From: Gammaproteobacteria bacterium
Lineage (GTDB): Bacteria > Pseudomonadota > Gammaproteobacteria > UBA5335 > SLRW01
DNA: 64,000 bases
NCBI GenBank assembly: GCA_035638695.1
Contig: DASQZM010000075.1
Location: 43,003 to 107,002 of the forward strand
Reading direction: 5' to 3'
A model generated the notes under the pieces. It made no database searches. It was not told the origin of the DNA and worked only from the letters and a program-made list of their open reading frames with translations. Shown here piece after piece: positions 51,651 to 61,467 of this stretch. The translations under genes were made by a program, and so were the position numbers. Each line of letters opens with the position of its first letter. The stretch's first letter is position 1.

Positions 51651-52565
51651 CTAGTCGCGGAAGCGCCGCAGCAGGTCGCCGTAGCTGTCGATGCGCCGGT
51701 CGCGCAGGAATGGCCACATCCGCCGGATGTGCTCACTGCGGCCGGGCTCGATCTCGCCGAGCAGAACCTGGTTGCGATCGGTGGCGGCCTGGGCCAGCAG
51801 CTCGCCCTGGGGGCCGCAGATGAAGCTGCTGCCCCAGAAGCGGATGCCGGGACCCTGGCCCGAGGGATCAGGCTCCTCGCCGACGCGATTGCAGGCCAGC
51901 AGCGGCAGGCTGTTGCACACGGCGTGCCCGCGTTGGGCGACGATCCAGGCGTCGCGCTGGCGCTCCCGCTCGGCCTCGCTGTCGCGCGCGTCCCAGCCGA
52001 TCGCGGACGGGTAGAGCAACATGTCCGCGCCGGCCAGGGCCATCAGGCGCGCGGCTTCGGGATACCACTGGTCCCAGCACACCAGCACGCCCAGGCGGCC
52101 CACGCCGGTGTCCACCGGGCCCCAGTTCCCGTCTCCCGGGGTGAAGTAGAACTTTTCGTAGTAACCCGGATCGTCGGGTATGTGCATCTTCCGGTAGCGC
52201 CCGGCCAGACTGCCGTCGCGATCCAGAACCACGGCGGTGTTGTGATAGAGGCCCGCCGCGCGCCGTTCGAATACAGAGCCGACGATGACGATGCCGAACT
52301 CGGCGGCCAGCCGTCCGAGAACTTCGGTGGTGGGGCCCGGAACGGGCTCCGCCAGGTCGAACCGCGAGGGGTCCTCGATCTGGCAGAAATAGGTCGTGTT
52401 GTGCAGCTCCTGAAGGAGCACCAGCGAGGCGCCATCGGCAGCCGCCTCGCGGATCGCGCCGAGCTGACCGTTGAGATTCTGCGCCGGGTCGCGCCCGCAG
52501 CTTCGCTGGACCAGGGCGACACGCAGGGAGCCGGGCCGGGGGACGACGGGTTCAGTCACGTTCAT
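51651..52565 (-). CDS. aguB: N-carbamoylputrescine amidase
   Basis: CN-hydrolase catalytic context LVCWDQWYPE and the RKMHIPDDPGYYEKFYF motif. ATGA overlap with aguA. Confidence 0.93.
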   Translation of the reverse strand: MNVTEPVVPRPGSLRVALVQRSCGRDPAQNLNGQLGAIREAAADGASLVLLQELHNTTYFCQIEDPSRFDLAEPVPGPTTEVLGRLAAEFGIVIVGSVFERRAAGLYHNTAVVLDRDGSLAGRYRKMHIPDDPGYYEKFYFTPGDGNWGPVDTGVGRLGVLVCWDQWYPEAARLMALAGADMLLYPSAIGWDARDSEAERERQRDAWIVAQRGHAVCNSLPLLACNRVGEEPDPSGQGPGIRFWGSSFICGPQGELLAQAATDRNQVLLGEIEPGRSEHIRRMWPFLRDRRIDSYGDLLRRFRD

Positions 52566-53665
52566 TCCTCCTCGAACCGCGAAAATCCACGATGTCCTTG
52601 GGCGCGGGCAACCGCACCGGGCAGATCCACGCCCAGGGGCAGCTGCATGGTTGCACAATGCAGACTGCCGTGCTCGAGCACGAGGTCGCGGCAGTCGAGC
52701 GGGATCATCCGGTACCCGGGAAAGGCCTGCTGCAGGCGCCGCACGGCCACCGTGTCTGCATCGTCGCCGTAAGTCGGCACGAGCACCGCGCCGTTGCACA
52801 CCAGGAAATTGGCATATCCCGCCGGCAGCACCTTCCCGCCAGGCCCCTCCAGGCGCGCGGCGCGCGGAAGCGGGATAAGCTCGTACGGCGCGCCGTCGGA
52901 TCGGCGCATGTTCGCGAGTTCGGCGGCCATGGCACGAAGCGCACGGGACTCGGCGTCCGGTCCGCCACCGTCGGCCTGGTAGACGATGGTGCCGGGACCC
53001 GCGAAACGGGCCAGGGTGTCGATATGCCCATCGGTGTCGTCCCCGTCGATGTATCCGTGCTCCAGCCAAAGGAACCGCCGGATACCGAGCAGCGGGGCCA
53101 GGCGCCGTGCCATCGCGTCACGATCCAGGCCGGGATTGCGGCCCCGGGAGACCAGCGAGCTTTCCCGTGCCAGCAGGGTGCCGGCGCCGTCCGTGTCCAG
53201 CGCACCACCCTCGACCACCAGGGGGAGGTGCTCCATGGGGGTGCTCCCGAAGCATCCCTCCCGGTGCAGTAGCTCGCACACGCGCGCGTCGCGCTCCCAC
53301 GCATACTTGCCGCCCCAGGCGTTGAAGCGGAAGTCGAGCAGGACCGCGCGGCCGTCACGCAGCACGGTCACTGGGCCATGGTCCCGGACCCAGACGTCGT
53401 CGCTGGGCGCGATGCCCAGCAGGAGCCGTGCGCCGTCCAGCCCCATGCGCGCCAGGCGGTCGTGCAGCACGGTTGCGTGGGTCGGGTCACGCGCGACGAC
53501 CAGCACCCGTACCAAGTCAGAGAGCGCCAGCGCGAGGCGATCGAAAGCCGGCTCGATGCGGTGCATCCAGGGCGCCCACGCCGTACCGTCGTGCGGCCAG
53601 GTGAGCATCACTGCGCTCTGCGGCGCCCACTCGGGCGGCAAAGCCACGCGTGCTGCGGAAGACAT
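52562..53665 (-). CDS. aguA: agmatine deiminase
   Basis: PAD_porph family. C-terminal catalytic Cys context GSLHCATMQ and the WVRDHGP motif. Confidence 0.92.
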   Translation of the reverse strand: MSSAARVALPPEWAPQSAVMLTWPHDGTAWAPWMHRIEPAFDRLALALSDLVRVLVVARDPTHATVLHDRLARMGLDGARLLLGIAPSDDVWVRDHGPVTVLRDGRAVLLDFRFNAWGGKYAWERDARVCELLHREGCFGSTPMEHLPLVVEGGALDTDGAGTLLARESSLVSRGRNPGLDRDAMARRLAPLLGIRRFLWLEHGYIDGDDTDGHIDTLARFAGPGTIVYQADGGGPDAESRALRAMAAELANMRRSDGAPYELIPLPRAARLEGPGGKVLPAGYANFLVCNGAVLVPTYGDDADTVAVRRLQQAFPGYRMIPLDCRDLVLEHGSLHCATMQLPLGVDLPGAVARAQGHRGFSRFEEE

Positions 53666-53687
53666 TCCGAACCGGAGGCTGCCGGCG

Positions 53688-54020
53688 TCAGTGCCGGGAC
53701 TGGGGCCGGGGCTGATCCCGGGTATCGACGCTGTGGATCACGTACTGCTTCTCGAAGTAGACGATATAACCCGGATAGACCCAGCGCGTGATGGGCGGGT
53801 CGCCCACCGGGGGGATGCGCCGTTCGGGAGCCCCGTAACGCTCGCGCACTTCCCTCATGGTGAGTCCACGCTTCGGCATGTTCGGGCGGGAAGCGCCCTG
53901 CTCCGCCGCGCTCGAAGAGCCGCCCGATGCCTTGGGCATCGACAGGGTATCCGCGCGGGCGGCGACCAGAAACAGGCCCAGACACAACATCAGGGTGGTG
54001 CCCCAGACCGCGGTTCGCAT
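53688..54020 (-). CDS. small exported protein (BamE/SmpA_OmlA-like fold suspected)
   Basis: 110 aa. Signal peptide MRTAVWGTTLMLCLGLFLVAARA. C-terminal MREVRERYGAPE...PPITRWVYPGYIVYFEKQYVIHSV. The functional call is inference only. Confidence 0.65.
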   Translation of the reverse strand: MRTAVWGTTLMLCLGLFLVAARADTLSMPKASGGSSSAAEQGASRPNMPKRGLTMREVRERYGAPERRIPPVGDPPITRWVYPGYIVYFEKQYVIHSVDTRDQPRPQSRH

Positions 54021-54203
54021 CAGGCGCCTCCTGCTATGGGCCGGCTCTGCCCGGACTATAGCACTGCCGGCATCGGCGGGGAACCGGGCGCGGGAAGGCG
54101 AGTCTGAAGAGCATGGAATTCCCCGAGCCTGTGGCTCCCGGTGACCCTCTCGGGCGTAGACAGCGCTACCTCGGATCCGGCGAGTATGGTGTAATGCCGC
54201 CCC

Positions 54204-55451
54204 ATGTTCCGGCCCTATGAGCTCTTCGTCGGTCTGCGCTACACGCGCTCCAAGCGGCGCAATCATTTCATTTCCGTCATCTCGCTGATTTCGATCCTCG
54301 GGATCATCCTGGGCGTCACCGCACTGATCACCGTGCTTTCGGTGATGAACGGCTTCGAGAACGAGCTCCGCCACCGCATCCTCGCGATGACCGCCCACGT
54401 CACCATCCAGAGCTTCAACGGCTCGATGGCGAAGTGGCGTCATATTGAGAAGGAGGCGGGCAGGGACCCGGAGGTGATTGCCGCGGCCCCGTACGTCAAT
54501 GGACAGGCCATGTTCCGTAGCGGGCCCAACATGACCGGCGGGCTGCTACGGGGCGTGCTGCCGTCACAGGAGAAGAACGTCTCCGACGTCGCCAGCCACA
54601 TGCTCGAGGGCTCTTTGAGCGCTCTCAAACCGGGAGGGTATGGCATTGTCCTGGGGCGGGTCCTCGCCCGGCAGCTGGGCGTGGGTCTGGGCGACCCGGT
54701 AGACCTCATGATCCCGGAAGCGACCGTAACGCCGGCCGGGGTCATACCGCGCATGCGCCGCTTTCACGTGGTGGGCATTTTCAGCGTGGGAATGTACCAG
54801 TATGACAGCAGCCTGGCGTTCATAGACCTGCATGACGCCTCGGTTCTCTACCACATGAACGGCGGCGTGACCGGAGTGCGCCTGCGTTTAAAGGACATGT
54901 TCCGGGCGCCCCAGGTGAGCCGCCGCATCGAGAAGATGCTGCACGGGCAGTACTACGTCAGTAACTGGACGCGCAAACACCAGAATTTCTTCCGTGCCAT
55001 CCGCACCGAGAAGACCACAATGTTCGTGATCCTGGCCCTGATCGTCGGAGTGGCCGCGTTCAACATCATCTCGACGCTGGTCATGGTCGTGACGGACAAG
55101 CAGGGGGACATCGCCATACTGCGCACCGTGGGTGCCTCGCCGCGCAGTATCATGGGGATCTTCATCGTCCAGGGCGCGCTGATCGGGGTCGTCGGAACGC
55201 TGCTGGGGGTGATCGGGGGCGTGGCGCTGGCGCTCAACGTAGAGACCGTGGTGCCGGCGCTAGAGCACCTGATCGGGGTGAACTTCATCCCCGCGGACGT
55301 CTATTACATCAGCAACCTCCCGTCGAAGCTGGACTGGTCCGACGTAGTACACATCGGTACCCTTTCCCTGGTGCTGTCGCTGCTTTCCACGCTGTACCCC
55401 GCCTGGCGGGCGGCACGCACGGAGCCAGCCGAGGCGCTGCGCTATGAGTGA
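54204..55451 (+). CDS. lolC: lipoprotein-releasing ABC transporter permease (LolC/LolE family; only copy in the locus)
   Basis: MacB-like FtsX-type permease: 4 TM segments plus a large periplasmic loop. N-terminus [20 protein letters not shown] is typical of LolC/E. Confidence 0.92.
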   Translation: MFRPYELFVGLRYTRSKRRNHFISVISLISILGIILGVTALITVLSVMNGFENELRHRILAMTAHVTIQSFNGSMAKWRHIEKEAGRDPEVIAAAPYVNGQAMFRSGPNMTGGLLRGVLPSQEKNVSDVASHMLEGSLSALKPGGYGIVLGRVLARQLGVGLGDPVDLMIPEATVTPAGVIPRMRRFHVVGIFSVGMYQYDSSLAFIDLHDASVLYHMNGGVTGVRLRLKDMFRAPQVSRRIEKMLHGQYYVSNWTRKHQNFFRAIRTEKTTMFVILALIVGVAAFNIISTLVMVVTDKQGDIAILRTVGASPRSIMGIFIVQGALIGVVGTLLGVIGGVALALNVETVVPALEHLIGVNFIPADVYYISNLPSKLDWSDVVHIGTLSLVLSLLSTLYPAWRAARTEPAEALRYE

Positions 55452-56133
55452 CGGCGACGGTACGCTGATCCGCTGCAGCGGACTGGTCAAACGTTACCGG
55501 CAGGGCGCTCTCGACGTGGAAGTGCTCCGCGGGGTGGACTTGGAGCTGCGGCCCGGTGAACAGGTCGCGGTGGTGGGCAGCTCCGGCTCCGGCAAGAGCA
55601 CGCTGCTGCAGCTCCTTGGGGGCCTGGACATGCCCACCGGCGGGTCGGTGGAAATCGTCGGGCAGCCCATGCACCGACTCCGCGACGCGGAGCGCGGGCG
55701 GCTGCGCAACCGGGCGCTGGGGTTCGTGTATCAGTTCCATCACCTGCTGGGAGAGTTCACCGCGCTGGAGAACGTCGCGATGCCGCTGCTGGTTCGCCGC
55801 GAGAAGCCGGCGGATGCCCGCGAGGTGGCCTCCGAAATGCTCTCGCGCGTCGGCCTCGGCGCACGACTTGAGCACAAGCCGGGTGAGCTCTCCGGCGGCG
55901 AGCGCCAGCGTACCGCGGTGGCACGGGCACTGGTCACGCGGCCCCGATTGGTGCTCGCCGACGAGCCCACGGGGAATCTCGACCCGGCGACCGCGGATGA
56001 GGTCTACGGCCTGATGCTCGAGCTCAACCGGAAGCTGGGCACCGGCTTCCTGGTTGCGACGCATGACACCGGGCTGGCGCGCCGTATGGATCGTGTGCTG
56101 CACTTGTCCGAGGGACGCCTCGAGCGCGCTTGA
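55444..56133 (+). CDS. lolD: lipoprotein-releasing ABC transporter ATP-binding protein
   Basis: Walker [12 protein letters not shown], signature LSGGERQR, Walker [13 protein letters not shown]. 8-nt overlap with lolC. Confidence 0.95.
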   Translation: MSDGDGTLIRCSGLVKRYRQGALDVEVLRGVDLELRPGEQVAVVGSSGSGKSTLLQLLGGLDMPTGGSVEIVGQPMHRLRDAERGRLRNRALGFVYQFHHLLGEFTALENVAMPLLVRREKPADAREVASEMLSRVGLGARLEHKPGELSGGERQRTAVARALVTRPRLVLADEPTGNLDPATADEVYGLMLELNRKLGTGFLVATHDTGLARRMDRVLHLSEGRLERA

Positions 56134-56187
56134 GGCACACCACAGGGAACAGGGACGGACTCCGCTCATAACCGCAGGGACGCGGCG

Positions 56188-58533
56188 ATGCCGGTGCTGG
56201 TGCTCTTCTACACCGCCGGGATACTGCTGGCGCAGCTTCCGGCCACGCTCCTCCCGGCCGGCCGGACGGCGGGGCTGCTGGTCGCCGCCGGGCTGCTCGC
56301 GCTGCTGCGGCGCCGCCGTGCCTGGTACCTGGCGGCGGTGCTTGGCGGATTCGCCTGGGCGGGCCTGTACGCGGGGCACCTGCTTGCCCGCCGGCTGCCG
56401 GGCCGCGAAGGCCGACCGATCGACTGCCGGGCCGCGGGACGGGTGGCATCCATTCCCGTGCGGCGCGGCCACCGGACACGGTTCGTGCTACGGGTCTTGC
56501 GCGCCGGACCGGGCTGCGCGCGGGGTGGCATGGCGGCGGGCCAGCTCCTGCGCCTGAGCTGGTACGGCGCGGGGCGCGCACCGGCCCCTGGTGAGCGCTG
56601 GAGTGCGCCCGTCCGGGTGTGGGCGCCGCATGGCTTCATGAACCCGGGCGGGTTCGACTACGAGCGCTGGCTGTTCCTGCACCGGGTCGATGCCACCGGC
56701 TATGTGCGGGATGCCCATGCCGCGCGACATCTGGCTCCCGCCGGCGGCGCGGAACCGGTGCTGCGGCTGCGATCCGGAATCGACCGGCGCCTGGCCGCCG
56801 AACTGCCGGACGACGCGGCTTCGGGGGTGATCCGGGCTCTGGCGACCGGCTACCGGGGTGCCATCCGTCCCAGTACCTGGGATCTTCTGACCCGGACCGG
56901 CACTGTCCACCTGGTGGCGATCTCCGGGCTGCACGTGGGGTTGGTCACGGCGCTGGTACTGCTGCTGGCCGGCGGTCTCTGGTCGCTGTCGCTGCGGGCC
57001 ACCGACCGGGTGCCCGCGCGGCGCGTCGCGGCCCCGGCCGCGTGGCTGGCCGCCGCCGGGTACGCCCTGTTGGCCGGGTTCACGATCCCGACGCGGCGGG
57101 CTCTGGTAATGCTCACGGTGGGGCTCGGGGCGCTGTGGTGGCGCCGGAGACCTGATCCGCTGCGTACCCTCACCGGCGCCTTGTTTGCGGTACTCGCGCT
57201 GGAGCCGACCGCCGTACTGGCACCGGGGTTGTGGCTGTCGTTTGGGGCGGTCGCCTTCATCCTCTATGGGATGGTCGGGCGGGTGCGCGTGCCGGGGCGC
57301 GCCGGTGCTGCGGTGCGGGTGCAGTTGCTGGTATCGGCCGGGCTGTTCCCCCTGACGCTGCTGTTCTTCGGGCGTGCCAGCTGGATCGCCCCGGTGGCCA
57401 ATCTTCTCATGGTGCCGCTGTTCGGCATCCTGGTGGTACCGCTGGTGCTCGCGGGCGTGGCGCTGCTGGGCCCTTGGCCGTTCGCTGCCCGGGGGCTGCT
57501 GCACCTGGCACACGGGATCCTGGCCGCCTGCTGGCCACTGCTCGCGAGCCTCGGACGGATCGCGGGTCCGGGGCTGCAGCTGGCACCGCTGTCTCCGGCG
57601 CGGGCCTGCCTGGCCGCGCTCGGGGCGGCATTGCTGCTGACCCCACGGGGTGCACCGGGACGCTTGGCGGGGGCGGTGATCGCGGTCGCCGCGTGCTGGC
57701 CGCAGGTCTCCGCGCCGCCAGCCGGTGTCGCGCGGGTAGCGGTGCTCGACGTCGGGCAGGGCCTCGCCACCGTCGTGCGCACACGGCGCCATGTCCTCGT
57801 GTACGATACCGGGCCGGACTTCGCCAGCGGCGGATCGGCCGGGGCTGCGGTGATCGCGCCCTACCTGCGCGCGCTCGGGGTGACGCGGATCGACCGGGTA
57901 ATCGTCAGCCATTCGGACCGCGACCATGCCGGCGGCCTGCACGACCTGCGGCGCGCATTCCCGGTGGGTGACGTCGAGATGGGCGGCGGTGGGCACCTCG
58001 CGGACGGGGCCCGGCGCTGCTTGGCTGGGCAGCACTGGCGCTGGGACGGGATCCGTTTCGCTATCCTCCACCCCGCGCCCGGCAGCCACCTGCGCGGTAA
58101 CGATGCTTCCTGCGTCCTGCACGTGGCAGGCCACGGCGAGAGCATGCTCCTGACCGGGGATCTGGAGCGTGCGGGTGAGCGCGAGTTGGCCTCGCGCGCG
58201 TCCGGGCGACTCCGGGCGGATGTCCTGCAGGTGCCGCACCACGGCAGCCGGACGTCATCCACGCCGGCGTTCCTGCGCTTGGTTGATCCCGTCGCGGCCG
58301 TGGTCTCCGCGGGCTGGGGCAACCGCTACAACCTGCCCTCCGGACAGGTGCTCGCGCGCTACGCCGAACGGCACGTGCCGGTGTTCAACACGGCACGGGA
58401 CGGCGCCCTGCTATGGCACATCGGCGGGCGCGGACCGGGGTCGGGCCCGGTCTGCTGGCGGGCGCGACACGAGCGCTACTGGAGCGCCCGTATCGAGCCC
58501 GACCGCGGCTGCCGCGCGCGCTTCGGTCGGTGA
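56188..58533 (+). CDS. comEC: DNA internalization-related competence protein ComEC/Rec2
   Basis: Polytopic membrane core plus a C-terminal metallo-beta-lactamase domain (VSHSDRDHAGG, QVPHHGS). Confidence 0.92.
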   Translation: MPVLVLFYTAGILLAQLPATLLPAGRTAGLLVAAGLLALLRRRRAWYLAAVLGGFAWAGLYAGHLLARRLPGREGRPIDCRAAGRVASIPVRRGHRTRFVLRVLRAGPGCARGGMAAGQLLRLSWYGAGRAPAPGERWSAPVRVWAPHGFMNPGGFDYERWLFLHRVDATGYVRDAHAARHLAPAGGAEPVLRLRSGIDRRLAAELPDDAASGVIRALATGYRGAIRPSTWDLLTRTGTVHLVAISGLHVGLVTALVLLLAGGLWSLSLRATDRVPARRVAAPAAWLAAAGYALLAGFTIPTRRALVMLTVGLGALWWRRRPDPLRTLTGALFAVLALEPTAVLAPGLWLSFGAVAFILYGMVGRVRVPGRAGAAVRVQLLVSAGLFPLTLLFFGRASWIAPVANLLMVPLFGILVVPLVLAGVALLGPWPFAARGLLHLAHGILAACWPLLASLGRIAGPGLQLAPLSPARACLAALGAALLLTPRGAPGRLAGAVIAVAACWPQVSAPPAGVARVAVLDVGQGLATVVRTRRHVLVYDTGPDFASGGSAGAAVIAPYLRALGVTRIDRVIVSHSDRDHAGGLHDLRRAFPVGDVEMGGGGHLADGARRCLAGQHWRWDGIRFAILHPAPGSHLRGNDASCVLHVAGHGESMLLTGDLERAGERELASRASGRLRADVLQVPHHGSRTSSTPAFLRLVDPVAAVVSAGWGNRYNLPSGQVLARYAERHVPVFNTARDGALLWHIGGRGPGSGPVCWRARHERYWSARIEPDRGCRARFGR

Positions 58534-58630
58534 GCCAAATCGCGTATCATGCGCGTCTGCGCCGGTTTCGGCGCGGGGGAGAGCAAATCACCACGGCAGC
58601 TCGCCGACCGCACGGAAATCCGACACTCAG

Positions 58631-59257
58631 ATGCTGGAAATCATAGAAGCCGGGGGCTGGGTGATGGCCCCGATCATCCTGTGCTCACTGCTGGCTTTGG
58701 CGATCTCGGCGGAACGCCTCTGGTACCTGCGCCGGCCCCGGATCGCGCCGCCCACGCTGGCGCGCGAAGTGTGGAAACGACAGCGCGACGGCGGGCTGAC
58801 CCGGGCCGACCTGGATGCCCTGCAGCGCAATTCGGCCCTGGGGCAGATCCTGGCGGCCGGGCTCGCCAACATTCACCTCGACCGTGAAGCGGTCAAGGAG
58901 AGCATCGAGGATGCCGGTCGCCACGTCGTGCACGAGCTGGAGCGGTATCTGAATACGCTCGGCACGATCGCGTCGATCAGCCCGCTGCTGGGCCTGCTGG
59001 GGACGGTGCTCGGGATGATCCGGGTGTTCTTCACCATCACGCACACCGGCGTGGGTGACCCCGGAGCACTGGCGGGAGGTATCGCCGAGGCCCTGATCAC
59101 CACCGCCGCCGGGCTGCTGGTGGCGATCCCCACACTGTTCCTGTACCGCTACCTGCGTGGCAAGGTCGAGGAGCTGGTCGTGGTCATGGAGGCCGAGGCG
59201 ATCAAACTGATGGAAGCCATCTACCGGCCGGGCGAATCCGCGGGAGCATCGCCGTGA
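58631..59257 (+). CDS. exbB: MotA/TolQ/ExbB proton-channel family protein
   Basis: MLEIIEAGGWVMAPIILCSLLAL start and the conserved LGLLGTVLGMI...ALITTAAGLLVAIP motif. Confidence 0.9.
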   Translation: MLEIIEAGGWVMAPIILCSLLALAISAERLWYLRRPRIAPPTLAREVWKRQRDGGLTRADLDALQRNSALGQILAAGLANIHLDREAVKESIEDAGRHVVHELERYLNTLGTIASISPLLGLLGTVLGMIRVFFTITHTGVGDPGALAGGIAEALITTAAGLLVAIPTLFLYRYLRGKVEELVVVMEAEAIKLMEAIYRPGESAGASP

Positions 59258-59682
59258 GGATGCGCACCCGTCAGTCAGAGGAGCCGGAGATCAACATCAC
59301 GTCGCTGGTGGACGTGGTCTTCCTGCTACTGATTTTCTTTATGGTGACCACCAGCTTCGTGCACATGTCCAACATCCACATCCAGCTACCCAAGGCCAGC
59401 AGCCAACCGCAGCCACAGGACAACGGTCACCTGGTGGTGACCGTGGACCGCAAGGGGCGCTACTACGTGGACGGGCACCAGTTGGTGAACACGCGCGAGG
59501 ATACGCTAAGGCGCGCGCTGCGCAAGGTGGCCGGAGCGGAGCGCGACCAACCGCTGACGGTCCGCGCGGACGCACGCACCACCCACCAGTCGGTGGTGAC
59601 GGTGCTGGACGCCGCGGGGGCGCTGGGCTTCCACAACATCGTGATCGAAACCGCGAACAGCGGCGCGAACGGGGGCTCATGA
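59254..59682 (+). CDS. exbD: biopolymer transport protein ExbD/TolR
   Basis: EINITSLVDVVFLLLIFFMV with the conserved TM Asp. GTGA overlap with exbB (alternative ATG 59260). Confidence 0.9.
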   Translation: MRMRTRQSEEPEINITSLVDVVFLLLIFFMVTTSFVHMSNIHIQLPKASSQPQPQDNGHLVVTVDRKGRYYVDGHQLVNTREDTLRRALRKVAGAERDQPLTVRADARTTHQSVVTVLDAAGALGFHNIVIETANSGANGGS

Positions 59683-61460
59683 GCAAGCGCGACAAGAGCA
59701 AGCCGGCCAGTGCCTACTGGCAGTTGCTCAGGTATACCCGGCCGCACCTGCGTATGCTCGTGATCGCGGCCGTGGCCATGGCGGTGTTCGCGGCTTCGGA
59801 CACGACCTTTGCCTGGCTGATGAAGCCCCTGCTGAACGGCAGCTTTGTACACCGCAATCCGACCGTGATCGCGATCATGCCCGTGGCCGTGATCGTGCTG
59901 TTCCTGGTCCGCGGCAGCTCCGGATTCGTATCCCAGTACGGCATGTCGGACGTGGCCCGCCGGGTGATCAAACAGCTGCGCCGGGAGGTGTTCGAGCACC
60001 TGCTGGTGCTGCCCGCGCGCGACTACGATCGCACTTCGCCCGGTCACCTGCTGTCGCTGATGACCTACAACGTGGAGCAGGTGGCGGAGTCCTCCAGTCA
60101 GGCGGTCACCGTCATGATCCGGGACACGCTCACGGTGGTCGGGTTGGTGGGCCTGATGTTCTACCTGAGCCCGATCCTGACCGTGTTCCTGGTCGTTGTC
60201 GGCCCTTTCGTGGCGCTGCTGATCCGCCATGTCAGCCGGCGCTTTCGCCGCTACAGCAGGCGGATCCAGGATTCCATGGGGGACGTCAGCCACGTCACGG
60301 AACAAGCAATCGAAGGTCACCGGGTGGTGAAGATGTTCGGCGGCCGCGACTACGAGTCGCATCACTTCGAGGACGTCAACGAGAGGAACCGCAAGCTGCA
60401 GATGCGCCTCGCCGCGACGCGGGCGGCCAGCAATCCGGTGATCCAGTTTATCGCTGCCTGGGGCGTCGCCGGGGTGATCTATGTCGCGACCCTGCCGAGC
60501 ATGCTCGACAGCATGTCGCCGGGTGCGTTCGCATCCTTCATGGCTGCAATGCTAGGGCTGCTGCAGCCGATGCGCCACCTGACCACCGTCAACGCGACCC
60601 TGCAGCGTGGCATCGCGGCGGCCGAGAGCATTTTCGACTTGCTCGCCTGGCCGTCTGAGCCGGACCGGGGCACCCGGCGGCTGGAACGGGCCCGGGGCGA
60701 GATCGGGTACGACCGGGTCACGTTCGCCTACGACCCGGAGAAGGGCCCTGTGCTCCGCGACGTAAGCCTGCGCGCCCGGCCGGGCCAGACGGTGGCGATC
60801 GTGGGCCGCTCCGGCAGCGGCAAGTCGACCCTGGTGAGCCTTCTGCCCCGGTTCTACGAGCCGCAGCAGGGGCGCATCACCCTGGACGGCATCGCGATCG
60901 ACAACCTGCGTCTGGCAGACCTGCGCAGCCAGATCTCGCTGGTGACCCAGCACGAAACCCTGTTCAACGACACGATCTTCCGCAATATTGCCTACGGCAT
61001 GCTGGGTGAGGTGGACGAGTCCAGCGTCATCGAGGCCGCCAAGCTGGCACACGCGTGGTCGTTCATCCGGCGCCTGCCCCGGGGTCTGCAGACCGAGATC
61101 GGGGACAATGGCGTGCTTCTTTCCGGCGGCCAGCGCCAGCGCCTGACCATCGCCAGGGCACTGCTCAAGGACGCGCCGATCCTGATCCTGGACGAGGCCA
61201 CCTCGGCGCTGGACACCGAATCGGAGCGGCACATCCAGGCGGCGCTGGAGACGCTGATGAGCCGGCGCACAACGCTGGTCATCGCCCACCGCCTGTCCAC
61301 CATCGAGAACGCCGACGTGATCGTCGTGATGCACGACGGCGAGGTGGTCGAGCGCGGCAGCCACACTGAGCTCCTTGCCCGCGATGGCCACTACGCGACG
61401 CTGCACCGACTGCAGTTCGAGCACGCCGGGCTGTCGCAGGGGTTGACCACCCCGCGGTAG
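59679..61460 (+). CDS. msbA: lipid A export ATP-binding/permease protein MsbA
   Basis: 6-TM ABC exporter. Walker [35 protein letters not shown] overlap with exbD. lpxK lies downstream. Confidence 0.93.
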   Translation: MSKRDKSKPASAYWQLLRYTRPHLRMLVIAAVAMAVFAASDTTFAWLMKPLLNGSFVHRNPTVIAIMPVAVIVLFLVRGSSGFVSQYGMSDVARRVIKQLRREVFEHLLVLPARDYDRTSPGHLLSLMTYNVEQVAESSSQAVTVMIRDTLTVVGLVGLMFYLSPILTVFLVVVGPFVALLIRHVSRRFRRYSRRIQDSMGDVSHVTEQAIEGHRVVKMFGGRDYESHHFEDVNERNRKLQMRLAATRAASNPVIQFIAAWGVAGVIYVATLPSMLDSMSPGAFASFMAAMLGLLQPMRHLTTVNATLQRGIAAAESIFDLLAWPSEPDRGTRRLERARGEIGYDRVTFAYDPEKGPVLRDVSLRARPGQTVAIVGRSGSGKSTLVSLLPRFYEPQQGRITLDGIAIDNLRLADLRSQISLVTQHETLFNDTIFRNIAYGMLGEVDESSVIEAAKLAHAWSFIRRLPRGLQTEIGDNGVLLSGGQRQRLTIARALLKDAPILILDEATSALDTESERHIQAALETLMSRRTTLVIAHRLSTIENADVIVVMHDGEVVERGSHTELLARDGHYATLHRLQFEHAGLSQGLTTPR

Positions 61461-61467
61461 CGGACCC

